63,944 nt of DNA, filler included, from Olpidium bornovanus S191 (GCA_017911155.1; 31 parts of 31 records of this genome joined end to end with filler, not necessarily neighbours in it); one strand, 5' to 3'. Shown: positions 36,360 through 47,505, counted from the whole stretch's first letter. Translations and numbers: made by a program. Notes: generated by a model not told the origin, from the sequence alone.

Positions 36360-36527
36360 AANNNNNNNNNNNNNNNNNNNNNNNNNNNNNNNNNNNNNNN
36401 NNNNNTTAATTAATTAANNNNNNNNNNNNNNNNNNNNNNNNNNNNNNNNNNNNNNNNNNNNAGAAAACACACACACCCCCCCCCCCTTACCTTCTCGCTC
36501 CCCGCGCCGACCCGCCGCACACAAGCC

Positions 36528-37571
36528 ATGCGCGCGCCCGTTTTTCTCGTCGCCGCGTTCGCCGCCGCAACCGTCGCCGCCGCCGCTGATCCGCCCGCGG
36601 GCGGCTCCGGCGATTTCGGCGCGCACGGGCGGCTTGCGAAGCGGCACTTTGGGGCCATCCCCGTCGTCGAGGTGCCCCGTTGGGTCGTGGCCCCGCTGGC
36701 CGCCGCGCAGGCCTGCGCCGACGGCGTCTGCGCCGCGGGGCGGTTCGCCGGCCACCTCGCTTCCCCGCTGACGAACTTCGTGGCCGGCCGCCGCGCCGCG
36801 GAGGCCGCCCTTCCGCCCGCCGGCCCCCGCCGTTTCGCCGTTGCCGCCAACGCGCTCGCCGGCGCCCGCCGTTTCGCCGGCGCCGCTGGCGGCTTCGTTC
36901 GGGGCCGCGTCGTGAGGGCCCCGCTGGCCGCAGCGAGGCGCCTCGGGTCCGGAGCCCGCAGCGCTTCCGCCAGCGCGAGACGGCCGCTCGTCAAGACCGC
37001 CCCGCCGCCTGCTTTCCTGGCCGCGACCGCTCCCGCGGCTGCCGCGGCCGACGCGGTGCGCACGGCGGCCGCCGCGGCGCTGCCGCCGCCCCCGCCGTCC
37101 TCCGCCCTCCGCTTCCAGAATCTGAAGTGGGCCGCCGCCGGAGCCGCGGGGGGCCTCGCGGCCGGTCAGGCGTACTCGTGGTTCAGGGACTGGCGGCGCA
37201 ACTCCGCCGCGGAAGCCGCCGCCGCCGAGTCCGGGGCCGCCGAACCGGCCCCGGCGCCAGCCGACGTGCCGGCCGCTCCGGCCGACGCCGTTCCCGCCGA
37301 CGCGCCCGAGCTTCCGGCCGACGCCGCCGTCCCCCCTCCCCCCGGTGAAGCCGCTGCCGCCCCCGCCGCCGCGCCCGAGTCGCTTCCCGCCGACGCGGCA
37401 GCCCCGGAGCCAGCGCCCGCCCCGGAGACGCCTTGCGCCGACGCCGCGCCCGCCCCGGAGCCGCCTTGCGCCGACGCCGCGCCCGCCCCGGAGTCGCAAC
37501 CTCCCGCCTGCGACTCCCCCGCTACGCCGGAGCCGCCCGTCGCGCCCGCTCCGGAATCGACTTGCGCCTGA
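36528..37571 (+). CDS. Intronless secreted Ala/Pro-rich protein, 347 aa
   Basis: ATG to TGA complete. Hydrophobic signal peptide MRAPVFLVAAFAAATVAAA, Kex2-like LAKR site, acidic PAPAP tail with duplicated PCADAAPAPE units. Confidence 0.75.
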   Translation: MRAPVFLVAAFAAATVAAAADPPAGGSGDFGAHGRLAKRHFGAIPVVEVPRWVVAPLAAAQACADGVCAAGRFAGHLASPLTNFVAGRRAAEAALPPAGPRRFAVAANALAGARRFAGAAGGFVRGRVVRAPLAAARRLGSGARSASASARRPLVKTAPPPAFLAATAPAAAAADAVRTAAAAALPPPPPSSALRFQNLKWAAAGAAGGLAAGQAYSWFRDWRRNSAAEAAAAESGAAEPAPAPADVPAAPADAVPADAPELPADAAVPPPPGEAAAAPAAAPESLPADAAAPEPAPAPETPCADAAPAPEPPCADAAPAPESQPPACDSPATPEPPVAPAPESTCA

Positions 37572-38899
37572 ACTCCTCCTGACCTGCTCTTCTCCTCCCC
37601 TTATTCCCCCTCCCCCTAAAACCCATAACCCACCAAACCTCTAAAAATAGTGCATTAATTTCTTCCGCGACTTTAAATTTAGAGCACAAAAGAGTAACGT
37701 ATTTCTTTTTTTTTAGGAAAAAGTGTGCGCGAAAAGTTGTGTGCGCAAGCTTGGGCGGGAAAGCCGTGACAGAATCCGCGCGGCAGATGTGCCCCGGCGG
37801 ACGGCCATGCCGAAAAACCAGAACAAACTTCTGATAGCTTGGCAAACATACGCGGCGGGCCCTGGCCGCCCTCCAGGAAAAAAAAGCATTCCCCGGGAAA
37901 AAAAAGAAAGAAAGAAAGACGAAAGACGAATGGCAAACAAAACATGGCGCCGTGGCGAGAGCTTCCTACTTGTACTCTGGATAGTCAGGTTGCGCCTTTG
38001 TGGCGCCGCGGTCAGGTCCTTGGTCGAAGGAGGCCGCGGGAGAAAAGCATTTTATTCAGGTTCGAGTTAACTACGTGTAACCTCGTAGGGAACACGAGCG
38101 AGTAAAGTACGTAAGCGAGCGGGTGGGTTAGCAAGTAAGGTACACCAGAGAGGGGAAGGGCGGGGCGCTATTTATTCGACGGCGCACCCTAGGCGCCGCG
38201 CTGCGCCGCGCCCCGCCTCGCAGGTGCCCGCGCGGGGCTTGGCGGGCGGGCGGGCGGATCCCAACGCGGTCTCCCCCCATGGTCGCTGTCTCCTTCGTTT
38301 GGAGACACCGCGCGGGCCGTCGCACGGTCTGCGCCCATGGTCGCTGGTTGGCCCTTCCGTCTCGCTTGTCTCCGCGCGGGTCCCGTCACGGAGTGCGTTG
38401 GCGGGCGGGCCGCACGCCGGGGGGGGCTCGGGGGGTTATCGGGGGGGTTGGGTCCGGGATCACGCGACCCGGGCGGTGGCGGCCCCGGACGGCACCCGAG
38501 GCGCGCGCGCGCATCACACCACTGCCATCACAGCGGCGACTCAGGCAACTCAGGCAACTCGGGCAACAAGTATCGGAATGTCGCGGACACCTGGTGGTCA
38601 GACAATTTTGCGGGGGGGGGGCGTTTTGGGGGCGGGGGAGAAATGACACGGGAGGGCCCGACCATCCCCACAACAGCGGCCCAAACCACGCCACAACAGG
38701 CGCGGGCCATCAGCGGTTGGCCACCGCACGGAGGGATAAGCTTGTGGTAATGGTCTGAGAACTCCACCAAAGGGTCGTCGTCAACCCGCGTACTCCTCTA
38801 CACGCCCAAAAACGAAAAACCCCTCGCAGGTAAAAAGAATATAGAGAGGAGACGAGAGAGCGTCCTGCAAGTAAAACGGCTTTGCGCCGCCGTGAGAGC

Positions 38900-40043
38900 T
38901 TTCTTTACTGCCCAACAGTTGGCGCTCCCGGGCAGAAGGGCACTTGCCGGCTCGGTGTCGTGAGGGCCAGAGAGTACGATGCGGCTGTGAAGAAGCGACG
39001 ACGAACCCCCAGCGACGGCGACCGACGAAAAGCGACGAGATCCAGCGGCGAAAAGAGGCGGCGACGGCGAACCGAGAGGGCAGGCCTCAACGTGGAGCGA
39101 TGACTGTGACGAGAGACGGCGAGATCAGACGATGACAAAGGACAACGGGCGACAACGGAATGACGATACGAGATGACGACGACGGGAGACGACGAGGCTT
39201 ACCACTGAGTAGTGTTAACGATAACAAGGAGCGACGAACTCCGGTGACGGCAAGACACAGTGGCAGGAGTGAAGACGAGTTCTCGAGAACGGCGACAACA
39301 CAAAGGCTAAATATGGGCACTCATAGAAACGACTTGACTTGGCGGGAGCGCCCTTCGTCGGGCTCTGACGAGGACGAACAGCTGGAGCCCGGGATCTCGG
39401 CCTCCACGGCAAACCGACCAGGAATCGAGGGTAAACCCCCCGTTCAGTGCGCAGGGTTGAGGAGTTGCTCCTGGCAGCCCAGCTGCGACTGGATGAAACG
39501 CATACACGGAATGAGATCAAAACGATGTTGCGCGAGTTCGTGGCCAGAAATGACTACTTTTGCTCGAAAGACATTTCGGCGTAATTGAGGAAGTTTGATC
39601 TATACCTTTGACCGTTGAATTTGATGGGAGCGGAGAAACGAAAAACTTTCTTGTTAACCGTCGATCTCAAGTCCGAACAGCATGTTCACGTTGTCCTGGA
39701 AGGAACCGAACTGACTTCCGAGTGACTGTTTGTCAAAGGAAAATTACGAGCCAAATTTAATCTTGAGGACGAGAACTGGACGACCGCAGTTCAATTTTCA
39801 AAATGGATCTTGAGTGAAAAGTCGGCGGATCCTCACGGGGTTTTGAGGCTGTTTAAAAAGAAATTTAACGAATTGGATCCCCGAATTCGACTTGCATGTG
39901 CGGATAAGCCATAGGCGTATTCGGAGTCGTTGCCCAAGGACCGGAAAGACGTGTTATCCAGGGATGGAAAACTTATGGAAGATTGGCAGCAAGTAAAAGA
40001 AGGAGTGGCGCGAGAGGCGGCGCGCCGCAAGCGCGTTCGTGGC
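38900..40043 (+). mobile_element. Decayed Ty3/gypsy element: LTR end, PBS-like site and gag pseudogene
   Basis: ...GCCCAACA (38917) GT TGGCGCTCCCG (38920). Downstream frame NDYFCSKDISA*LRKFDLYL*...LFVKGKLRAKFNLED..DWQQVKEGV is gag-like, with 4 in-frame stops in about 185 codons. Confidence 0.5.
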
Positions 40044-40615
40044 CTAGTTCACATCGCGTGAAATGTCAGAAACAACAGAAGAAATGGCCCAGGGGACAGG
40101 GGGGCGGAGAAAGGGGGAAAAGAAAGGAGGTGCTGTTAGAAAAAAAAACGGGGGGGGGGAGGGGGGAAAAGGGAGAGGCCGAGTCGAGGATAACACTGCG
40201 AGCGCAACCCCCCCCCCCCGTAGCTCCTTTTGTTCAATCCTTACACGCCGGCCCTATAGATAAGGGCTCCGCCACGCTGGAAGAACAACGCACCGAATAC
40301 AGTAGTCCTCTTTCTACATACCTCTCCGTTCACGGGCTCGTTCGGCTCCGTCTGGCGGGTTTCGCGGGTTCTTCTACCTTCCGCCCATACCTTTTCAGGG
40401 ATGGGGGGAGGGGGGCGTTGCCAGGGGGGAAAATGTGGAGACAGGTGGGGGGGGGGGGGGAAGAGGGGGGGGGGGGGGGGGGCCCCCCCCCCCCCCCCCC
40501 CTATTTTCCCCCCCCNNNNNNNNNNNNNNNNNNNNNNNNNNNNNNNNNNNNNNNNNNNNTTAATTAATTAANNNNNNNNNNNNNNNNNNNNNNNNNNNNN
40601 NNNNNNNNNNNNNNN

Positions 40616-40706
40616 AAACAAAGCAACACTGCCACTTCAGTCCTGCTAGGATTGTGTCCATCATCCTTTGGAAAGTAGCGGGTGCTCCGCTCAATCCGAA
40701 AGGCAT
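40616..40706 (-). pseudogene. Ty3/gypsy reverse transcriptase fragment
   Basis: MPFGLSGAPATFQRMMDTILAGLKWQCCFV, running into the gap just before the expected YLDD. Confidence 0.9.
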
Positions 40707-40757
40707 TGGAAGCGGCGGTCCGCCCCGAATGACGGCGGAGAACTGATTCGTCTCTAA

Positions 40758-41231
40758 ATGACCCAGATGATTTTCACCGAGCAAGCGCTCGATTCCTTGC
40801 AACAGATGAACCACAGGAGGATCTCTGATGTGTTGGCGCACATCGGCCGGCTGTCCAGAGGGTTCTCGAAAAACGAGACGGGCGTGACCGTGAGAGCGCA
40901 GAAGTCTTTCTTACATATGCGGCCAATCGACGGGCTGACGATACTGTGGTCCGTCTGTCTGGTGGAAAACGAGACAGATCATTTGCAAGCAATCAAAGTG
41001 CGTATCCGGAAACCCGTTGTTTTCCCCAACCGGCGTTTGGAAACTGAATCTTGACCGGCGGCTTCCCCCGCATCAGATTTGGCAGATAGCTCCCTCCAAA
41101 CATGCGGGATCCGCAAAAAAAAATTGCCCTCGGTATACTCAACGCCTCCGAACCCGGCGTAATAGCGAAGTGCGCCGAGCTGAACTTCGCTGGGAAAAAG
41201 AAGGTCGCCACGCCTCGCGCGTTTCCGAAGG
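40758..41231 (+). CDS. TRANK1/plant UvrD-like helicase-associated domain, two exons
   Basis: Exon ends at 40997 (donor GTGCGT) and the next starts at 41077, giving DGLTILWSVCLVENETDHLQAIK|IWQIAPSK..RYT. This resembles the recalled plant TPR/ankyrin-UvrD motif LxWSVDIxKE...QVLKVWDILP...YT. Confidence 0.5.
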
Positions 41232-41796
41232 CGTGAGAAATCCTCGTGAGCAAGCGCCCGGCCTTGATATTTTTTGAACGTCGACAACTCATAGTAAAAG
41301 AGTGGGGGGGAGGGGTCGGGACCTTCGCGGCGGTACTTCAGGGGCAAACCGGAAATCGAAACGGGCGGCTCCCGCGAACCGTCGTTTTGCAGCCGGCAAT
41401 TATTTTTTTTTTTCGTTTTTGGAGATGGGAACCAGCTCGCAGCGCTTCTCCGGCGCGCATGTCCCGACGCGGCTCTGTGAATTTCCACAAAGATGCGAGC
41501 CAATCCAAAAACCGTTGTTCTCTTCCGTTTTGTTTCTTCCCTCTCCCTCCCCTCCTCCTCCCCCTTCCACTTTTCCTTTTTTTTGCGGCATCCTCCCAAT
41601 TTCCAGCCTTTGAATCAGTGAACTTGGGGAAAAAATCGGTTTCACCCTGCAACGGGAAGGGGGGGCGGGGAGCGGGGAGGGGGGGAAGGGGGGGGGNNNN
41701 NNNNNNNNNNNNNNNNNNNNNNNNNNNNNNNNNNNNNNNNTTAATTAATTAANNNNNNNNNNNNNNNNNNNNNNNNNNNNNNNNNNNNNNNNNNNN

Positions 41797-42267
41797 GGTG
41801 GAGTGGGACCGAAGAGACGTATAAGACGAAAAGTTGTTAAGTCCGTAACTTTGAAAACCGAGCGAGGTTACATTGGTAAGGCCGGTCGGGATGTTTTGCG
41901 CGTAAAGAGAAATCATGTAAATTTTTTATTTTTTTTTCGTGGGGGGGTTTTTTTGGCGCGCCTTCAACGTATCACATGCTCAAAACGTGCTCAAAATGTT
42001 CTGTAAATAGAAACTCGGGATGTGGAGGCTTGGGAATCCTTTTCTGAGGGCGAAGGAGCAGAGGTGGTGCCTCAGAAGCGCGCCGCTGTCGCCGACGAGG
42101 ACGACCGGGCCAAGGCGAGTGTATCGCCTGCCCGCAAGTCCCCGACGAAAGCCAAGGGGGCGGCGACGGCGTCCGGAGGGAGAAAAGGCGCGGAGGCCGG
42201 GAAGGGCAAGAAAGGGAAGGGGAGCGGTGGGCAGCAGGCCAGCTTGCTAATGTTTTGGAAGAAGTAG
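41797..42267 (+). CDS. POLD3: DNA polymerase delta subunit 3 (Cdc27/Pol32), C-terminus
   Basis: Exons 41797-41875 and 42011-42267: KRRIRRKVVKSVTLKTERGYI|ETRDVEAWESFSEGE...QASLLMFWKK*, ending in a PIP-box-like motif. Confidence 0.88.
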
Positions 42268-42664
42268 ATGTTGCGGAAGTTTGTTTGCACGCGGGCACTC
42301 GGCGCCATGAGACTCACCGCGAAGTCTGGGCAGATGCGACGGTGCTTCAGAGGTTTTGGTCGTGCACAAGCCTGCTGCGACAGGAGCGGGAGGCGTTGTT
42401 TCGCGTGCAAGCTTGATCGCGGCATTTGTCAGCATTTGGTCGCAGCGTTCTGAACGATATTCTATTATGGAATAAGACTGAGCTGAACATGCCCCTTCCC
42501 CCTTCAACCGGGGCCGGGCATCGATACGGAAAACGCCGTCAGATCCCTTTCGGCGGTGGGATTTCTCGATGAAATAGGATACCGGGAACTTCGCTTAGAG
42601 CAAAAGTTCCATTTGCCGGGATTGGTAACTTGGTTACAGACCTTGACGCAGACGCAAGTCTGTT

Positions 42665-42815
42665 GCTGCGGGGCAAATGCCTTCTATGTTACATCTTAGT
42701 ATCCATGAAGTAGTTCAGTGCCGATTTCACCCGCTGCCGGCAAGTGCCTTTTATCTGACATTTTCGCTGTCCATGAAATAATCCAGTGCCGATATCACCC
42801 GCTGCCCGCAAGGTG
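42665..42815 (+). repeat. 68-bp tandem duplication (about 2.2 copies)
   Basis: CCATGAA at 42703 and 42771; CAGTGCCGAT at 42716 and 42784; GCTG at 42665, 42733 and 42801. Confidence 0.85.
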
Positions 42816-43039
42816 TGACTCAGGGCATGTTGTCTGGGCGTTCGTCAGTCATTACAGGGCACCTTGCCCGGCTTCGTGGGCGTCCCGAATTCCTGACCCG
42901 GAAAATTCTGCCCGGCCCCCTTTCCCCCACCCCCCCGCATGGCCGGCGTGGAATTATTTTTTTTTTTTGGGGGGAGGGGGGGTGGGGCCTGTTGAAACAA
43001 AGGGGGGCCGTGCCTGCATGGCTCTCTCTCCAGTGAGTC

Positions 43040-43137
43040 TATAGTCGTCTTTTACTCGGATTCCCGTCTTGTCAAAGATATGTCCAAGGAACTCGACGGA
43101 CATTTTGCCGAAGGATGACTTCGCCAGGTTGACGTAC
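43040..43137 (-). pseudogene. Ty3/gypsy reverse transcriptase fragment
   Basis: YVNLAKSSFGKMSVEFLGHIFDKTGIRV, the conserved K-x-x-F...FLGH...GI segment downstream of YxDD. Confidence 0.8.
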
Positions 43138-43807
43138 NNNNNNNNNNNNNNNNNNNNNNNNNNNNNNNNNNNNNNNNNNNNTTAATTAATTAANNNNNNN
43201 NNNNNNNNNNNNNNNNNNNNNNNNNNNNNNNNNNNNNGTTTCAGCAATTCGACTACGCAATCGTCGAATCGCCGGCCCTGTAATCGTTTACCTTGGATTG
43301 AGGCTTTTCCTACGGGTTTGCTCGATTCATTCGGAAAGGTTTCTAATGAGTGCACATGCGTCACCCCCACCACGCCGGCGTCCGCGTGTCGCCGACCAGC
43401 ACCAGCGGTTTAATTTCCGCGACACCGCCCCCGGAACACATAATCCTTTCCCCCTTCGTGACCTCTGCCTCCCCTAACATTGTGCCAATTCCCTGCCGAT
43501 CGTCTCTCCCTCTCTCTCTCCGCCGTTACCGGGGGGGAAAAGGTGCAACGCATTCACGCGCATCCCCGGCGTGGCGGTCCGCCTTTACCAACGATGTGAC
43601 TGCACATACGCCCGCGCGGGCGGGCGGGCGGGCGGGCGGGCGGGCGTATATTTGTTTACCCGACGAGAAACTTAAAATTTTTCTTTCCGGAACGAATCAA
43701 AACCAAAACAAAGGAACAGGACGCGAACGCGGCCGACCATAATAGAAACGTCGGCGGGGAAAGGAAAAAAACCATAATAATAAAAAAGGCTCAGGCCACA
43801 AGCACCC

Positions 43808-44584
43808 ATGCGCAAACCGACCGCGATCGCCCTGGCCGTGGGCGCGGCGCTGCTGTCGTCCGCGATGGTGACGTCGGCAGCACCCGTGGGCGGCTTCCTC
43901 GTTGGCGGCCTCGCGTCCCTCAAGGGCCTGTTTCGCAACGGCGCCAAGGCGTCGGGGGCCGCGCCGCTGCGCTCGCCCCCGGCGAGGCCGGCCCGCCTGT
44001 TGGAGGTAACCCCGGCGGGCACGCGGTTGCCTAGGCCGGCGGCCTCCCCCGCGCCCGCGCCTCGGAGCCCAAGCCCGGCAGGTTTCCTGACGCGCCTGCA
44101 GCGGCTGCCCATACCGCCGAAGGCTCGCCCGCAGCCGCTGCCCATACCGCCGAAGGCTCGCCCGCAGCCGCTGCCCATACCGCCGAAGGCTCGGCCGCCG
44201 CCGCCGCCGCCGAACGGGCCGGTCTTGGGGCCGCTCGACCTTCCTCCGCCGCCGCCGCCGCCGCCCGTGAGGCTCAAAGTGCCGCGGCGGGTGAGACTCA
44301 GAGTGCGGCCCTCGCCGCCGAGGGCCCCGCCGGCGCCGGGCTCCCGGTTCTCGCCGGGGAACGCCGTCCCGCTGCCGCTGCCGCCGCCGCCGCCGCGGCC
44401 GAACAGGCCGGTACCGGGGCCGCTCGACCTTCCGCCGCCGCCGCCGCCCGTGAGGGTCAGGGCGCCGCCCTCGCCGCCGAGCACCCCGCCGCCGCCTGCC
44501 GCCCGGTTCTAGCCGGAGAACGCCGCCCCGCTGCCTCTGCCGCCGTTCGGGGCGGCCGGACTGCCGGCGCCCCCTGCCTTCTGA
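43808..44584 (+). CDS. Intronless secreted proline-rich repeat protein (TAG at 44510; frame continues to TGA 44584)
   Basis: Signal peptide MRKPTAIALAVGAALLSSAMVTSA; LPIPPKARPQP x3; duplicated GPLDLPPPPPP(P)PVR module. Confidence 0.7.
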
Positions 44585-44644
44585 TGCTCCCGCGTGTTGC
44601 CGAAGGACTTAAGGGCGCAAGCAGTTTCGCCATTCTTCATCTTT

Positions 44645-44679
<35 letters not shown>

Positions 44680-45074
44680 CCCTATTCCGCACCTTTTCGA
44701 CGTCGCCGAACCGCGGTCCGTTTACAAGACCCGCGCGGCACGCTCCTCTTCCCCACCCACACGCCTCCCCGGCATAATTTTTTGTTTTTATTGTGGTTTT
44801 GCGACGGCCACTTTCATCAGTAGAGTACTCTTTAATATAGGGTAAATATTGTGATGGATCTGAACCATTACCTATACTCCGGAGTTTTATGTTTAACCAA
44901 TACTTCCGGATTACCATATCCATTATCTACTATTTACTAATTAATAACTTCCTTATTCGTTTAATCCTTTAATTTAGTAGTAATTCATAAATTTTAATCG
45001 ATACCTTTAATTTAATAGTAATTCGTATATTTATGATTGATGCCTTATTGGTTTAACCCTAGCCCTAACGGACG

Positions 45075-45290
45075 GCGTTAGAAAAAAGAATTGGCGAAAT
45101 GTGCTTCGTCCTGTCCCTTGAATAACGCCGGCCTTCATCTGCTCGATGCATGCTGAGTTGTCCTCATAAGGCACCATAGGCCGATTGTCAACCGGCAACC
45201 CGCAGTCGCGGTGCACATGCAGAGGAGCCACACCGCTTCCTCGGATGCCTCGTAGAGAGCTAAGATTTCAGCGTGGTTTGTAGATCCGAA
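45075..45290 (-). pseudogene. Ty1/copia RNase H remnant
   Basis: STNHAEILALYEASEEAVWL, then after a frameshift YEDNSACIEQMKAGVIQG. Confidence 0.85.
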
Positions 45291-45467
45291 CCACGGACCA
45301 GGGCGGAGCGGTCAGAACGGGTAGCACTGACCGGCANNNNNNNNNNNNNNNNNNNNNNNNNNNNNNNNNNNNNNNNNNNNTTAATTAATTAANNNNNNNN
45401 NNNNNNNNNNNNNNNNNNNNNNNNNNNNNNNNNNNNCGCCCGCCGAGGACCTCGGGCGACTGCACGC

Positions 45468-46616
45468 ATGGCGGAGCTGGCCCCGCGGCGCAGCCGGGGC
45501 GCGCCTGCCGCCGCGGAGAGCGAAAGCCCGCTCCCCGCCGAGCGCGTGCGTCCCGCGACGCCGGCTGAGACGGCGACGTCGACGCCGCCGCCTCCCGATC
45601 CGGCCCCCGATCCGCCCCTCGATCCTCCCCCCGATCCGGGCCCCGATCCACCCCCCGTTCCGGCCTGCCCGCTCGAACGCGCCTCCGCCTCCGGGGCCGC
45701 CGCGATCTGCTGCTGTCCCGCAGCGCAGGCGGCCGTCTGGCGGTCGGCCGCCACCGCGCCGTGGGCGCCCGCGCTCCCGTTTCCGGCCTGGCCGGCGCCG
45801 TCCTTCGCGCCGCCGTCCGCGCCGCCGGCGACGTGCGTTTTCCGGTTCCGCGCGGAGCCCGAGAGCGCGGGCGAGCTCCTGGCCGGCCTGATCGGCGACC
45901 CCGTGGCGGTGCTGGCGGAGGACGCGTCGCGGGTCCTGGACATCCTCTACCCGTACCCGTTCGCGCCGTTCCGGCCCACTGGGGGGGGCCGGAAACGCGT
46001 GACGCTGGTGTTCAGAGAGTTCGACGGGATCGCGCACACCACGCGCCCGCCCGGCGGCGGGTCGCCGTCGTGCCCGCGCTGCGCGTGGTGCGAGATCCAT
46101 CTCAACGCGCGGTACGCGCTCGGCCAGGTGGAGAAGAAGGGCGCGGCCGGGGCCGCGGCGGAGCTGCGCGGGATAGTGGCGCACGAGTTGGCGCACGTCT
46201 TCCTCGCGGACCCGTCGGGCCCCGGGCCCGCGGGAAACAACGGGACTTGGGCGCTGTCGGAGGGCGTGGCGGACTTCGCTCGGCTGCGGGCGGGGCTGGT
46301 GCCGGCGCACTGGCGCGGTCGCGGCGCCGGCGGGTCGTGGGCGGACGGCTACCACACGACGGCCTACTTCCTGGACTGGATCGACCGCCGCAGGAGGCCC
46401 GGGTTCGTCGCGTGGCTCTGCTACGTCATGGGGTGGCAGCGCTGGTTCGACTGCGTCTGGACCGAAGGCGCCGGCGCGCCCGTCAACGAGCTGTGGGAAG
46501 CGTACCAGGCCGAGCTGCTCGCCGCCGACGTCGTCGGATGCAGCGCGGCGGCGGCCGGCGGCGGCACGACGGCCCCGAAATCGCCCGGCTCCGTCGCACG
46601 CGCGGACGCGGGGTAA
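45468..46616 (+). CDS. Basic secretory protein (BSP/PR-17-like) metallopeptidase family protein
   Basis: Intronless ORF with EIHLNARY, LRGIVAHELAHV (HExxH), ALSEGVADFARLRAG, WADGYHTTAYFLDW and VNELWEAY. The start codon is uncertain because it lies near the contig edge. Confidence 0.88.
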   Translation: MAELAPRRSRGAPAAAESESPLPAERVRPATPAETATSTPPPPDPAPDPPLDPPPDPGPDPPPVPACPLERASASGAAAICCCPAAQAAVWRSAATAPWAPALPFPAWPAPSFAPPSAPPATCVFRFRAEPESAGELLAGLIGDPVAVLAEDASRVLDILYPYPFAPFRPTGGGRKRVTLVFREFDGIAHTTRPPGGGSPSCPRCAWCEIHLNARYALGQVEKKGAAGAAAELRGIVAHELAHVFLADPSGPGPAGNNGTWALSEGVADFARLRAGLVPAHWRGRGAGGSWADGYHTTAYFLDWIDRRRRPGFVAWLCYVMGWQRWFDCVWTEGAGAPVNELWEAYQAELLAADVVGCSAAAAGGGTTAPKSPGSVARADAG

Positions 46617-47392
46617 AGAGAAAAACCAAAAAACAAAAACAAAAAAAAAAGGAAATAAGAAAAAAAAGAAACGAAAAGGGCATCACTCGGCTCTTTAAAT
46701 TATCGGTGCCCGCGGCTGCGTGGCTGGGGAAGGGGAAGGGGCGGGCCACGTCAATTTTTGTATTCGCCCCATGCTTAGTGCTCTACCACCTAAAGAGTGA
46801 TGATCGACTTATTGCGCAAGTTTTTTTTTTGTGTCTTTCGTTTGGGGGCCGTTATCGCTTGTTTTGGAAAGCGGAGAGAGAGAGAGAGAGAGAGAGAGGG
46901 ACGGTTGGGCCGCTGGGGATGATTGGCGAAGACGGACGCCGCCCGAGGGACGCGTTTTCCTCTCTCTCGCTCTCCTTTGGTTGCCCCTCGTCTCCTCCTG
47001 CGCCGGGGAAAATAAAAAAACCGACACGCGACACGCGTTTTCTTTTCATTTTATTTTTGTTTATTTTGTCGCTTTTCGCGCCCGCGCGCGCCGGGGGAAG
47101 GGAAAGGGAGAGTCGAACGGCAAACAAAGCCGGCCGGACAACGAATCCAACCGACGAAATGGCAAGCCGGCTCGCACGGCGGACCCGAACTGTCGCCCGT
47201 CAAAACCAACGAACGACGCGACCGGAACGCCAAGACCGGGAATGCTACGCGAAGGAAAAAACNNNNNNNNNNNNNNNNNNNNNNNNNNNNNNNNNNNNNN
47301 NNNNNNTTAATTAATTAANNNNNNNNNNNNNNNNNNNNNNNNNNNNNNNNNNNNNNNNNNNNCATGGGGGAAGTACAACCCGGCGCGAGGCC

Positions 47393-47505
47393 GCGCGCAA
47401 AACAGCGTTCAATTTCCTCCGCCGAATATTGTTGCGCGAGCAAATCAGCGTTCAATTTCCTCCGGAGAATACCGTCGTGCGCGCAAAACAACGTTCGATT
47501 TCCTC
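47393..47505 (+). repeat. 43-bp tandem repeat (about 2.6 copies)
   Basis: Core (G/A)CGTTC(A/G)ATTTCCTC at 47405, 47448 and 47491. Confidence 0.85.
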
